Counted from the stretch's first letter, positions 9,973-20,160 are shown. The stretch: DNA of 64,000 nt from an uncultured Gemmataceae bacterium (GCA_963750165.1 CAVVPN010000011.1:352001-416000); one strand, 5' to 3'. The notes: generated by a model from the letters alone, not told the origin. Translations and numbers: made by a program.

Positions 9973-10842
9973 ATGCTGCGCCGCCGAGTTTCTCAGAACC
10001 GTGCGTTTACCTTGATTGAGTTGCTGGTGGTGATCGCCATCATTGCGATTCTGATCGGGCTGCTCCTGCCCGCCGTCCAGAAGGTCCGGGAAGCTGCGGC
10101 CCGGACCCAGACGATCAACTTCCTGACCCAACTGGGCAAGGCGACCCACAACTTCGCCGGCACCTACGGCACCAAGCTGCCCTACAACGGCACGCCGATC
10201 AACAGTATGCCGCTCAACGGCAAGAGCGTCAGCATCTTCTACCACCTGTTGCCGTTCGTGGAGCAGCAGAATACCTACAATCTGGGCCTGCTCACCGTGC
10301 CCGTGCCAGCGTACTCCACGCCGCAGGACTTCACCGCCTCCGGCACCGGCCTGACCACTACCAACCTCGGCATCGTCAGCTTCGCGGGCAACGCGGCCCT
10401 GTTCAACAGCGGCACCGTCCAGCGCCTGCCCGCCGGCTTCCAGCCGGCCGGCACCTCCAATGTCGTCATGTTCGGCACCGTCTGGGCCGTTTGTGGCAGC
10501 ACGCAGCGGGCCTGGAGCACGCTGTCCGCGTTCACGGCCGTGGGCACCAACAGCCTGGTGAACGGCACCGTCACCTGTTACCAGAGTTCCAACACCGCCT
10601 ACACAATTGTCACCGCCGCCGCCATTACTCCGAACGTGCGGGTGATGCTGCCGCAGGCCAGCAACACGCCGACCGCCTCGTGCAGCCCGACAATGTTGCA
10701 GGCGTTCAGCGCCGGCGCCGCGAACGTGACCATGGGCGACGGTAGCGTCCGCAGCGTCACTTCCTCGGTGACCCAGTTCACCTGGTCGGTGGTCAACAGC
10801 CCGCGGTCCACCGTGCCGCCACCCTCCAACTGGATCGAGTAA
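9973..10842 (+). CDS. DUF1559 family prepilin-type N-terminal cleavage/methylation protein
   Basis: [43 protein letters not shown]-terminal [10 protein letters not shown] (H-X9-DG variant). Confidence 0.92.
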   Translation: MLRRRVSQNRAFTLIELLVVIAIIAILIGLLLPAVQKVREAAARTQTINFLTQLGKATHNFAGTYGTKLPYNGTPINSMPLNGKSVSIFYHLLPFVEQQNTYNLGLLTVPVPAYSTPQDFTASGTGLTTTNLGIVSFAGNAALFNSGTVQRLPAGFQPAGTSNVVMFGTVWAVCGSTQRAWSTLSAFTAVGTNSLVNGTVTCYQSSNTAYTIVTAAAITPNVRVMLPQASNTPTASCSPTMLQAFSAGAANVTMGDGSVRSVTSSVTQFTWSVVNSPRSTVPPPSNWIE

Positions 10843-10920
10843 GGAGGCACGGAGCAAGCAATACCAGAACCCGATGACTCAGTTCGCGCGGCCCGCGCGA
10901 ACCGAGCCATCGGGTTCTGG

Positions 10921-11643
10921 TTATTCGGCAACCGCCTTGATGATGACCTGAAAGCCGAAGTCCTTCTTGATGGCTCCGTGGAAGGGCTCCCAGTAGCTGA
11001 TCCAGAGCGGGTCCAGCGCCGGGTCCGGGGCGAACTCGGCCGACGCCGCCTTGCAGGGCAGCAGACAGTGCGGGTGGCGCACCGCCACGTGAAACACCTG
11101 GTGCAGCGTGAACTTGCCCGGCAGCACCGGTATCACGACCGGCCCTTGCTGGTCGTTGACCGACAGGCTCTGGCCCTGGCTCACCGCATGGGCCGGCGCC
11201 GGCAGCGTGGCCAGCGCCACCGGGCCGCTGCTGACGGTGACGCTGCCGAACTCCTCGGCGACACCGCGGCTGTGCGGTTGGCTGCGCAGCAGGCCGATCA
11301 CCCGCGCCGCCATCACCAGCTTGAGTTTTCTGCCCTCCGGCTTCTCAAGGCCGACCGCGAAGCACTGTGTCAGGTCGAAGTCCTGGGCGGCGATGGAATC
11401 CTTGCAGGGGTGGGCGCCAGCCACCGCGACGCCGGTCATGGTGACGATGAGCGTGTCCGGGGCGGCAATGACCACGTCGATGTTGCCGCCGCCGGTGTGG
11501 TTGAAGCCGTGGCGCGTCGGCACCACCTGACTCTGCCGCTCGAACAGCGAAATGGTCGGCCCGGGCGCGGCGGCCGGCGGTTGGGCCTGGACACTCCCCA
11601 GCGGCAGCGCCAGGGCAAATGCCAGGGCCAGGTATCGTTTCAT
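10921..11643 (-). CDS. Secreted hypothetical protein
   Basis: AGGAGG RBS; signal peptide MKRYLALAFALALPLGSVQA; beta-rich mature part ending WEPFHG...DFGFQVIIK. Confidence 0.75.
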   Translation of the reverse strand: MKRYLALAFALALPLGSVQAQPPAAAPGPTISLFERQSQVVPTRHGFNHTGGGNIDVVIAAPDTLIVTMTGVAVAGAHPCKDSIAAQDFDLTQCFAVGLEKPEGRKLKLVMAARVIGLLRSQPHSRGVAEEFGSVTVSSGPVALATLPAPAHAVSQGQSLSVNDQQGPVVIPVLPGKFTLHQVFHVAVRHPHCLLPCKAASAEFAPDPALDPLWISYWEPFHGAIKKDFGFQVIIKAVAE

Positions 11644-12117
11644 ATCCCATTCCTCCTGAATTCGGCAGTCGGGGATGGCGGCGCGTTGAAGGCGGGCGGC
11701 CGGGCGCGCCGCTTCGGCGCCTGGGGGGCTTCCGCGCCTCGGCCAGCGCATCGGGGGGCGATTCCTGTGGCGCGATTGGCGGTTGGGTATAGTGATGATC
11801 GGCACTTCGGATTTGCCGATTCAGCAAACTTGACCGGATCGTGCGTCGGCAACGCCGGTTTGCAAAATGCAATCTCCGGACGTGCAAAATGCCGGGTTCT
11901 GCTCGCTTTGGTCAAGCACTGATAAACCTGCTGACGTGCAAGTGTCTGCCTGGGGGCGGGTTATGACCGACTCGCCTGGACGGCATGTTGCTTGCATAAA
12001 GGCGGGCGGTCTTCCCAATGGAGGGAAGGAGAGAGCGTCCCGTCCGAGGAGAATCGTGGCGGTTGGGCGACGCCTGAGGATCCGAGGGCGGGACGTTTTT
12101 TTCCTGGCGTGATGTGG

Positions 12118-12708
12118 TCACCCCTGCTCCGCTGGCCGCTGCACCGCCTTGGTCGCGGCATTGATCTGACCATTGCCACCCTCGGTGTGCGGCACCGGCA
12201 CGTGCAGGCCGGATAGTTTCGTCGCCGCCTCCTTGCGCTTCTGCTCCAGGAACATCATGAACTCGGCCTGTTCCAGCGTCGTCTTGTGGAAGATGAACGT
12301 CCAGAACGGGAAGCTGAAGGTGAAGTAGGTGATCGCCGTGCCGATCATGCGCGCCAGGAAGGGTAGCGCCCAGTGCCGGTCCTCGCTGAAGCCCAATTCC
12401 GTCACCAGGAGGTGGAACAGCAGGATGTTGATGACGAACGCCCAGGTCTCCACGTAGAGGAAGCGCAGCCCCTGGCGGACGACCTGCTTGGAGTGGTCCT
12501 CGAAGGCGAAATACTTGTTGCCGAAGAACATGAACACCAGCCCGGGGATCAGGCTGGGGATGTTGGCGATCTTCTCGGGCACGTGGAACACCAGCATGAG
12601 CACGCCCAGGGTGCTCAGGTCGCAGGCCGTGGCCAGCACGCCGACCAGGCTGCTGCGCATCAAGATCCAGAGCTTTTCCCGCAGTGGAAGTTGGCTGCTG
12701 TCTGCCAT
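12118..12708 (-). CDS. GtrA family membrane protein
   Basis: VGVLATACD, FFGNKYFAF and QGLRFL pattern with four TM segments. Confidence 0.8.
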   Translation of the reverse strand: MADSSQLPLREKLWILMRSSLVGVLATACDLSTLGVLMLVFHVPEKIANIPSLIPGLVFMFFGNKYFAFEDHSKQVVRQGLRFLYVETWAFVINILLFHLLVTELGFSEDRHWALPFLARMIGTAITYFTFSFPFWTFIFHKTTLEQAEFMMFLEQKRKEAATKLSGLHVPVPHTEGGNGQINAATKAVQRPAEQG

Positions 12709-12787
12709 CCCGGTGTCATCCTAAATAGGAGGTAGCCCTGCGCAGCGGGCGGATGTCGGTTTCGTGGGGGGTATTATATGAGCATAG

Positions 12788-12870
12788 GTCAGAAGTCAGA
12801 AGTCAGAAGTCAGCGCCAGGCCGAAAGCGGCAGAAAAGACAGATTGACTCCTGACTCCTGACTTCTGACT
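12788..12870. repeat. Inverted pair of heptamer tandem arrays
   Basis: (GTCAGAA)x3 GTCAG ... TGACTCC TGACTCC TGACTTC TGACT, abutting the stop of the FGE-domain gene. Confidence 0.75.
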
Positions 12871-14634
12871 CAGCGTTTGATGACGCAGACGACGCGGAAG
12901 CCGTTGTCGTGGAAACTGCTGGTGGGCGGATTGCTAATGCGATAGGCCGCCCGGCACTCCGTCGGGGTGCTCAGGAAGGAGCCGCCGTGGTGGACGCGGC
13001 TGGTGCCGTTGGCCGGGCCGGGCGGGTCCTGCTTCGGACTCTGGTTGTAGTAGTTGGCGTCGTACCAGTCCTCGCACCACTCCCAGACGTTGCCGTGCAT
13101 GTCATACAGCCCCCAGGCGTTCGCTTTGTACGAGCCGACCTTTGTCGGCCGGCCCAGGCCGCTCATGGAGATGTTGGCGTCGGTGCCGGTGAGGTTGGCG
13201 CCGGTCAGGTACGGCTCCTTGCGGCCCGCCCGACAAGCGTATTCCCACTCCGCCTCGGTCGGCAGCCGGTAGACGCGGCGCGCCTGCTTCTCCGCCGGCA
13301 GCTCCGACAGCCGTTCGCAAAAAGCCCTGGCGTCCTGCCAGGTGACCTTCTCGACCGGCCATTCGTTGGTGTTCATACCGTTGAGGTTGCGGTGCTGGCT
13401 GGGATTGTTGCCCATGACTTTTTCGTACTGGGCCTGGGTGACCTCGTGAGCGCCCATGAAGAACGGCCGGGTGATCGCCACCTCGTGCTGCGGCCCCTCA
13501 TCAACACGGAAGCCCGGCTCGGTGTTGGCCGCCCCCATCAGGAACTTGCCGGCCGGAATCGGCACCAACCGCATGCCCACCGAGTTGGTCAGCACGCCCA
13601 TCTGCTTCGCCAGTTCCGCCTCGAGCTGCTTGCCCAGCTCCTCGTGCCGCTTGGCCACGCGCAGCCTGGTCACTCCCGTCAGCCTGCGGCAGCGCCTTGT
13701 CATACCAGTAATACGCCCGCCGCTGCAACTGGCGCTGCGGCAGTTGCTTCTGCTCGCCGGCCACCCGGTCCCAGGCGTCGGCGAGGGCCACCTGCTGCTT
13801 GACATCCTTCGGCCCGGCCAGATCCTTGGCGGCCAGCGCTTTCAACGTGGCGTCCGTGCCGCGAGTCAGCAACGGCAGACCACGGTCGAAGTTGCCCTTG
13901 ATGACAACCAGGTAACGGCCCAGTTCCAGGTTGGCCTCGGCGTCGTTCTTGTCCTTCTTGAGCCGGTCCACGAACGGCGCCATCCGGCCGAACTCCTTGC
14001 GGGCGGCCTCGACCTCGGTGGCGCGTTTCTTGATGCGGCCCGCCAGTGCGATCTGCCCCTCCTTGACGTGGACGGTTGCCTTCTCCGCTGCGGCCACGAC
14101 CGCCGCTGCCGGAGCGTAGTTGTCCTGGGCAATCATCTCGTCCATGAAGATGAACGCCGCCTCAATCAGCGTCAGTGCCTCCTCGGACGATTTGACGTGA
14201 TCCCCGGCCGTCGCCAGCGTCGCGCCCTTGAGGTCCACGGCATCCACCCGGTAGCGTTTCGCCAGTTCGGTGAGGGCTTCCAGGGCGAGGTGGACATTGC
14301 CGGCGCGGGCCGCCAGCTGGCGGGCGTGCGTGTAAGCCACGAATTGCAGGGCCGGGTCGTCTGTGGTCGCCCGGGCCTCGTCCAGCAGGGAGAGCGCCAG
14401 GGCGGTCGCGGCCGCGGGGTCGTCCCTGGCCTTGTCGTACTTCGCCTTGAACAGGTTGCGGATGAGTGTTTCCGCCTTGCCCTGGGCAGCCTTGTCGGGC
14501 TCGGCGGCGCGCTCCTGCGGGGCCGCGTTGCCCTGGGCGAGCGCCCACAGACCGGGGCCGAGCAGCAGAACCGCCCCCAGCAACAGGAGCGGGACACGGG
14601 ACGGACGCGGGCGGAGATGTTCATCGGGCTGCAT
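12870..14634 (-). CDS. Secreted protein: helical N-terminal domain plus C-terminal FGE/SUMF1 domain; one frameshift near 13684
   Basis: ORF 13501-14634 (signal peptide, ...YYWYDKALPQ) joins ORF 12870-13805 (LTGVTRLRV...TNSVGMRLVPIPAG, RLPTEAEWEYACRAG, NAWGLYDMHGNVWEWC, GFRVV). Confidence 0.85.
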
Positions 14635-14732
14635 GATTACCTCGTCGAGGGCGGAACGCGACGGCGACTCTCACGTCCGATGTTACCCCACCGAGGGACG
14701 GTTGCAAGGGTTTTTCCAGCGCGAAGCGGTGC

Positions 14733-15611
14733 CTACACCGGCGCCGGGCTGGCCGCGTCCGACGTCGCCTGGCCCTGCTGCCGGCGGCGCTCGCGCTCGG
14801 CGATCTCCTCCGGGAACAGCGACCGCACCTTGCGTTTGGCGATGCGATCCGCCAGACGCGGCAAGAAGCGGCTGACCAGCACCATCAGCTTGCCTTTCAG
14901 CGTCAGGCAGATTTCGTGCTTGCCTTTCTCGATGGCCCGCAGCGTCGCTGCCGCCACGTCCTCGGAGGTCATGCCGCGCAGGTGGTCGAGCTGCACCTTC
15001 GCCTTCTGTTCCAGCATGTTTTTGGAAAAGTTGGTCTGCGTCAGCCCCGGGCAGACAACGATCACATCCACGCCATCCTTGGCCAGCTCCGCCCGCAGCG
15101 CTTCGCTGAAGCCCTGCACCGCGAACTTGCTCGCCGAGTATTCGCTCCGCGCCGGGATGCCACGCTTGCCCGCAATCGACGAAATGTTAACCACCGCCGG
15201 CCTGGTGCCGCGCTTCAGCAGCGGCAGGAAGATGCGCGTCGTCTCGGTCAGACCGAAGAAGTTGACTTCCATGATCGTGCGCAGCCGCTCGGCGCTCACG
15301 TCGGCGAAGTGGCCCGTGGCGCCGATGCCGGCGTTGTTGACGAGGATGTCGAGGCCGCCGAAGTGTCGCTCGGCCGCCTCGACCATGCGCCGCCGGTCGT
15401 CCGGACTGGTCACGTCGGCGACGACGGTTTCGAGGACGCCGCCCGCGGCCTTCGCTTCGTCGGCCAGCTCGCGCAGCAGATCTTCTTGCCGCGCCGCCGC
15501 CAGGACGCGGCCGCCACGCCGCGCCGCCAGCAGCGCCAGCGCCCGGCCGATGCCCTGCGAGGCGCCCGTGATCAGAATGCGCCCCCCCTGAATGTTGCGA
15601 CGCTGGCCCAT
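14733..15611 (-). CDS. Short-chain dehydrogenase/reductase (SDR)
   Basis: TGASQGIG, NNAG, catalytic YSASK. Confidence 0.93.
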   Translation of the reverse strand: MGQRRNIQGGRILITGASQGIGRALALLAARRGGRVLAAARQEDLLRELADEAKAAGGVLETVVADVTSPDDRRRMVEAAERHFGGLDILVNNAGIGATGHFADVSAERLRTIMEVNFFGLTETTRIFLPLLKRGTRPAVVNISSIAGKRGIPARSEYSASKFAVQGFSEALRAELAKDGVDVIVVCPGLTQTNFSKNMLEQKAKVQLDHLRGMTSEDVAAATLRAIEKGKHEICLTLKGKLMVLVSRFLPRLADRIAKRKVRSLFPEEIAERERRRQQGQATSDAASPAPV

Positions 15612-15773
15612 GACGGCAATCTCCCCGTGGCGGTGTGACAGGTGACCGATTTTTACTTTATCCGGCGGCCGCGTTGCGTGGGAGTTGGACTTGCGGAAAA
15701 CCTGGGAGAAATGGGCAAGGACGGGTGCAAGACCCGCATTGCAAGGGGATTGACGGGCGTAGCGGGGAAACCT

Positions 15774-15815
15774 CGTTTACGTTTCGCGCAGTTGCGCGTG
15801 CGCGAAACGTAAACG
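15774..15815. repeat. REP-like palindrome, family A
   Basis: CGTTTACGTTTCGCGCA-N8-TGCGCGAAACGTAAACG, perfect 17-bp arms. Confidence 0.8.
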
Positions 15816-15839
15816 GCGTGCGGGAGGCCCCTACGTGGG

Positions 15840-16133
15840 TTAGCAGCAGTCGCAGTCCTTCGCGTGGGCCTTGAGTTTCTGCTGGCGCTCGTCCTCGTCG
15901 GCGGGCGTGGCGAAGTTGTCCTTGAGGATGTCCTTGAGCAGCAGCGAGCCGGTCCAGACGCCGAGCCAGCCGGCGACGGCGCTGGCCTCGCGATCCTGGG
16001 CGAACACCGCATCCGTGTGTTGCAGGCGCTCCGGGACGGCCATTTCGTGACCCGGTGAGTGGACGGGTTGCTCCACCACGATCACCGCCTGCTTTTGCTG
16101 GGCGTGGCTGAGGGCTGCCAGGGCTTCGATCAT
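15840..16133 (-). CDS. Small hypothetical protein (~97 aa), one hydrophobic segment, C-terminal CDCC
   Basis: Host-like codons in the 3' part of ORF 15840-16499; start uncertain because the 5' part of that ORF lies in the IS end. Confidence 0.55.
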   Translation of the reverse strand: MIEALAALSHAQQKQAVIVVEQPVHSPGHEMAVPERLQHTDAVFAQDREASAVAGWLGVWTGSLLLKDILKDNFATPADEDERQQKLKAHAKDCDCC

Positions 16134-16237
16134 CTCTTCCACGGCTCCGCTCCTCATTCCAGGGGACGACGCTTCCATTACCATTCTATCCCAGCATAAG
16201 GCGTCAGTCGGCGCCTCGCCAGGCGGAATTTTCGATT

Positions 16238-17777
16238 TGTCATGGAACAATAGAAATGTCCGCATTTTGGGAACAATAAAAATGTCCGCTGTCACAGGGT
16301 TGTCACTTTTGCTTTTTGAACGGCTGCCGCCAGGGGTGATCTTCGGCTGGACCGCGGCGCCGCTTCGGGGTATCTTCCCCCGCGCCGTCGGGAGGATAGG
16401 GCTCCGCAGGAGTGCGACCCGAGCGCCCGCCGGTCGGCTGCATGCCAGTCGGCTCGGCCCCCTCACCCGGGGCCGGGCTTTCTTCTTCCCCATTGGCATC
16501 GGCCGCCAAGGCGTTAAACTCCGGGGGTCTGAGGGCAGAGCCCCCAGGGCGGCACCCCGCTGGGACCTCCCGGTACTTCAGATAGCGGCCGCCGAAGCGG
16601 ATCGCCAGCTCCCCATCCAGCCGCAGTTCGATCACCACTTTGCCGCCGCGCTGCCCCGGGTAGATCGGCTTGAGCAACTGATAGCAGCGGTTGCGGAAGC
16701 GGATCGTGTAGTCGTTGGCGACCACGCGCTCCTCCTGGAGCGACAGGATCGCCGCCAGGTCGTGCGCCGGCCCCAGCGGCCGGTGCGCGTCGCCGACGTG
16801 CCGCGCCGCCTGGGTGAAGCGGCGGTTGTGCGCGGGCAACAGCCGCTCCAGCACCGCATTGGCCTGCGCAGGTGGTCACCCCCGCCAGGCGCAGTTCCTT
16901 GACCCACCGATCCTGGGCGGTGCCGAACGAGCGCTCGAGCCGCCCCTTGGCCTGCGGGCTGTGGGCGCGGATCAGGCCGATGCCCAGCTCGCGCAGCGCC
17001 CGGCCGAACTGGGTCTCGGCGTCCGGCAAGGCCTTGCCCTTGTCCTGGGGCGCGAAGATGCTGTGCCGGTCGGTGTACAACTCCAACGGCCGGCCGAACC
17101 GGCGCAGCCAGCGGCCCAGCAGGTCCAGGTGCGTCTCGGTCGTGGCCGCCGGGTAGAAGCGCGCCAGCACGCGGCTGGTGGCGTCGTCGATCAAGCTGAT
17201 CAAGACCACCTCCTCGCCGCGCCCCTCGAGCCAGTCGTGGATCGAGGCGTCCATCTGGACCAGCTCGCCGAAGCAGGCGCGCCGAGGCCGGCGGCTGCGG
17301 TGTTGCTCGCGGCGGCGCTGGCGCTGCCACAGGCCGGCGGCCAGCAGCCAGCGGCGCAGCGTCTGCGGGCAGACCACCAGCCCCTCCTGGGCCAGCTTCT
17401 CGCTGGCGAAGGGGGGGCCGAAGTCGGCGTAGCGCTAGCGGTAGGCCCGCAGGACGGCGTGCCGGAGGGCGGCGTCGGCCTGGTGGTTGGAAGGCTGGCC
17501 GCGCAGCCCGTGGACCAGGGCGTCGTCGCCGTGCGCTTCGAGTTTGCGCTGCAGGCGGCGGACCTGGCGGGTGCTGAGGTCGAGCAACCGAGCGGCCTCG
17601 GCCTGGGTGCGCTCGCCGCGCAGGACGCCGTGCATGACCTTGAGGACATCGCGTTCCTTCTGGCTCATGGCGATCCGGTCTGTGGGAAGCACGTCGATAG
17701 GCATGGCTCCTCCTTGGCCTGGGCAAGGAGGACATTTCTATCGCGTTAAGACCGGACATTTCTATTGTCGTTCAACA
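16238..17777 (-). mobile_element. IS1202-family (formerly ISNCY) insertion sequence, 1540 bp, inactivated
   Basis: Both ends read TGT-N6-ACAATAGAAATGTCC inward, each with a second internal copy of the motif; flanks CGATT / GGATT (4/5 match); encloses a DDE transposase. Confidence 0.8.
16303..17704 (-). pseudogene. DDE transposase (ISNCY/IS1202 type) with in-frame TAG at 17435-17437 and frameshift near 16868
   Basis: HTH TQAEAARLLDLSTRQVRRL; GELVQMDAS, IDDATS, LYTDRHSIF, SPQAKGRLERSF; spread over three ORF pieces. Confidence 0.9.
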
Positions 17778-17956
17778 GGATTATTTAGCTACTGTGACAG
17801 GAAATCAGGGAACGTATCATCGCCTGCTCGCGGGAGAACGGCATCGGCGTTCCTGCAAGCCGTGTCCGCCGGACACGTCCGGTTCGGTGGCAGGCGGGGC
17901 TTGTGCAGCCGGCGCCACAGCCCCTGACAGGAGAACGGGCAGCACCGCCCCGTAGC

Positions 17957-19465
17957 TCAAATCCCGTACAGCGGCGCGTACTTCTGCCGCAGATAATTCA
18001 GCAGCGGCCGATGGTCCAGGGCCGCCCCGGTCACGCGCCGGCACAGTTCCTGCGACCGGTATACCTGCCCCGGGCGGTGGACCTGCTCGTTCAGCCACGC
18101 CTTCAGCCGGCCGAATTCGCCGCGGCGGAAGTCGTCCTCCAGCCCCGGCAGGTCCTGCCGCGCCCGCTCCATGAACTGCGCCGCGTACAGGTTGCCAAGC
18201 GTGTACGTCGGGAAGTAGCCGATGCCGCCACTCGACCAGTGTACGTCCTGCAAGCAGCCCAGCGCGTCCGCTGGTGGCGTCATGCCGAAGGATTGCTGGA
18301 ACTTCTCGTTCCACGCCGCCGGCACGTCCCGGACGGCCAGGTCGCCGCTCACCAGCGCCTGCTCCAGCTCGAAGCGCAAAATGATGTGCAGGTTGTAGGT
18401 CGCCTCGTCCGCCTCGACGCGGATGAACGATGGCCGCACGTCGTTGATCGCGAACAGGAAGTCCTCCAGCGCCACATCGTGCAGCGCCTCCACGAACGTC
18501 TGCCGGGCGCGCGGGAAGAAGTGCTCCCAGAACGGCCGGCCGCGGCCGACCTGGTTCTCCCACAACCGCGACTGTGACTCGTGAATGCCCAGCGACGCGG
18601 CACTGCCGGCCGGCGTGCCATAATACTCCGGCTTCAGCCCCTGCTCGTAAATGCCGTGGCCCGCTTCGTGCAGGATGCCGAAAAAGCCCTCATTGAAGTG
18701 GCGAGCGCTGTAGCGCGTCGTCAGCCGGCAGTCGCCGGGGCCGGTGCCGCTGCAAAACGGGTGTGCCGTCACGTCCAGCCGGCCCGCCGTGAAGTCGAAG
18801 CCAATCGCCGCCGCCGCGGACTGGCCGAACAGCTGCTGCCGCTCCACCGGATATTCACGCTCCAGAATCTCCATCCGCGGCCGCTTGCCGCCGGCCACGA
18901 TGGCTCCGATCAATGGCGTCAGTTCCGCTCGCAGCTGGGCGAACAACTGCGTGATCTCCGCGGTGGTCGCCCCCGGCTCGTACTCGTCGAGCAGTGCGTC
19001 GTAGGGCGCCGCCCGGTAGCCGACCGCCTGCGCCTCGCGCCGCTTCAGCGCCACGATCTTCTCCAGCCACGGTGCGAACGCGGCGAAGTCGTTGGCCTTG
19101 CGGGCCGCGCGCCAGACCTGCTGCGCGCGCGTCGCGGTGCGGGCCAGCTCCGCCACCAGATCGGCCGGCAGCTTCACTGCCCGGTCGTAAGCGCGGCGGA
19201 TTTCGCGCAAGTTGCCGGCCGCCACCGCGTCCTTGTCCGGCAGCGTCTCCGCCGTGGCGAGCAGTTCGCCCAGCGCGGGCGCGGTCAACTGCTCGTGCGT
19301 CAGCCGCGCCAGCAATGCCATCTGCTCGGCGCGGTGGGCGGAGCCCTTCGGCGGCATGTACGTCTGCTCGTCCCAGCCGAGTACCTCGGCGCAGGAGCCG
19401 AGCAGCCGCGCCTCCTTGACGCGCTCCAGCAGTTGCGCGTATGCCTGTTCGGCCGTTCGTGACAT
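17957..19465 (-). CDS. Carboxypeptidase M32 (carboxypeptidase Taq family)
   Basis: WDEQTYMP, HPFC, HEAGH (HEXXH), HESQSRLWEN, IRVEADE, GYFPTYTLG. Confidence 0.95.
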   Translation of the reverse strand: MSRTAEQAYAQLLERVKEARLLGSCAEVLGWDEQTYMPPKGSAHRAEQMALLARLTHEQLTAPALGELLATAETLPDKDAVAAGNLREIRRAYDRAVKLPADLVAELARTATRAQQVWRAARKANDFAAFAPWLEKIVALKRREAQAVGYRAAPYDALLDEYEPGATTAEITQLFAQLRAELTPLIGAIVAGGKRPRMEILEREYPVERQQLFGQSAAAAIGFDFTAGRLDVTAHPFCSGTGPGDCRLTTRYSARHFNEGFFGILHEAGHGIYEQGLKPEYYGTPAGSAASLGIHESQSRLWENQVGRGRPFWEHFFPRARQTFVEALHDVALEDFLFAINDVRPSFIRVEADEATYNLHIILRFELEQALVSGDLAVRDVPAAWNEKFQQSFGMTPPADALGCLQDVHWSSGGIGYFPTYTLGNLYAAQFMERARQDLPGLEDDFRRGEFGRLKAWLNEQVHRPGQVYRSQELCRRVTGAALDHRPLLNYLRQKYAPLYGI

Positions 19466-19543
19466 CGCTGCCTCCTGGTAATCGGGCGACGGTCCCGCAG
19501 GTATTGTTTCAGGCGCGCGGCGGCGTGTCCACGGGGTCGCTTT

Positions 19544-19571
19544 GTGGGACGGCTCTCCAGAGCCGTCCCAC
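19544..19571. repeat. REP-like palindrome, family C
   Basis: GTGGGACGGCTCT-CC-AGAGCCGTCCCAC; same core forms a doublet at 24922-24986. Confidence 0.8.
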
Positions 19572-19627
19572 GAAGGTGATTCGCTGCCCCTACCACTACC
19601 GGGATGCACCCTGTCCACGGTATCGGG

Positions 19628-19657
19628 TTGACTTCGGCCCGTCAGGGAGCGTATAGT
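19628..19657 (+). promoter_or_regulatory. Sigma-70-like promoter
   Basis: TTGACT-N18-TATAGT. Confidence 0.55.
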
Positions 19658-19682
19658 TTGAGTGGACGATGATGAAGAAAAC

Positions 19683-19724
19683 ACAGGAGCGGCCGGAAAT
19701 CCCAACCGGTGGCTCCTGTTTTTT
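19683..19724 (+). terminator. Intrinsic-terminator-like hairpin in the leader of the DksA-type gene
   Basis: ACAGGAGC-GG-CCGG...CCGG-TG-GCTCCTGT followed by a T run. Confidence 0.6.
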
Positions 19725-19784
19725 CGCGCGCCGGCAGACGCGGTTCCGGCGCGTCTCATGCCAACCTTACCAGGGGAGGTCGTC

Positions 19785-20054
19785 ATGTCGGAGAACATCC
19801 GGTCCTGCGAAATCTGCGGTCAGCCCATCGACCCCGAGCGGTTGGAGGCGGTCCCCGAAACCCGGCTGTGCATCGAGCACGCTCGTCAGATCGAAAAGCA
19901 CGGCAATGAGTTTTCCCGGAAAGTCGGGTTGGAACGGACCTCCAAGGAAGGCAGCCTCAAAAAGAACTACGGCGGCATCCACACAAGCAAGACGCGCAAC
20001 CACCAGGCCATGCGGAAACTGCGGGAAGAATACCTCCGCGGACAGAGCGAGTGA
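19785..20054 (+). CDS. TraR/DksA-type zinc finger protein
   Basis: GGAGG RBS; CEICGQPIDPERLEAVPETRLCIEH (fourth ligand His). Confidence 0.85.
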   Translation: MSENIRSCEICGQPIDPERLEAVPETRLCIEHARQIEKHGNEFSRKVGLERTSKEGSLKKNYGGIHTSKTRNHQAMRKLREEYLRGQSE

Positions 20055-20160
20055 TCGCGACGGCGCAGCAAGAAGACCCAGGCAAGACACGCTCCCTCGG
20101 GCTACAATAACCGGAACGCTCGCCCATTGCGCCGGCGGCCTGGAGCCCGAGGGAGGTCTC

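Noticed and set aside
12870..13600. Active formylglycine-generating enzyme
   Set aside because: GGSFLSTPTECR lacks the two-Cys catalytic motif, so only the FGE fold is supported.
13456..15591. Long antisense ORFs (also 6208-7812, 51526-53265, 57107-59314 and others)
   Set aside because: Shadow frames of well-supported genes, expected in high-GC DNA.
17778..17810. dif/Xer site next to the IS
   Set aside because: Only ATTTA matches a Xer arm and there is no second arm at 6-bp spacing.
19669..20160. N-terminal extension of the VWA ORF
   Set aside because: It overlaps the Zn-finger gene in another frame; ATG 20161 has a GGAGG RBS and starts a signal peptide.
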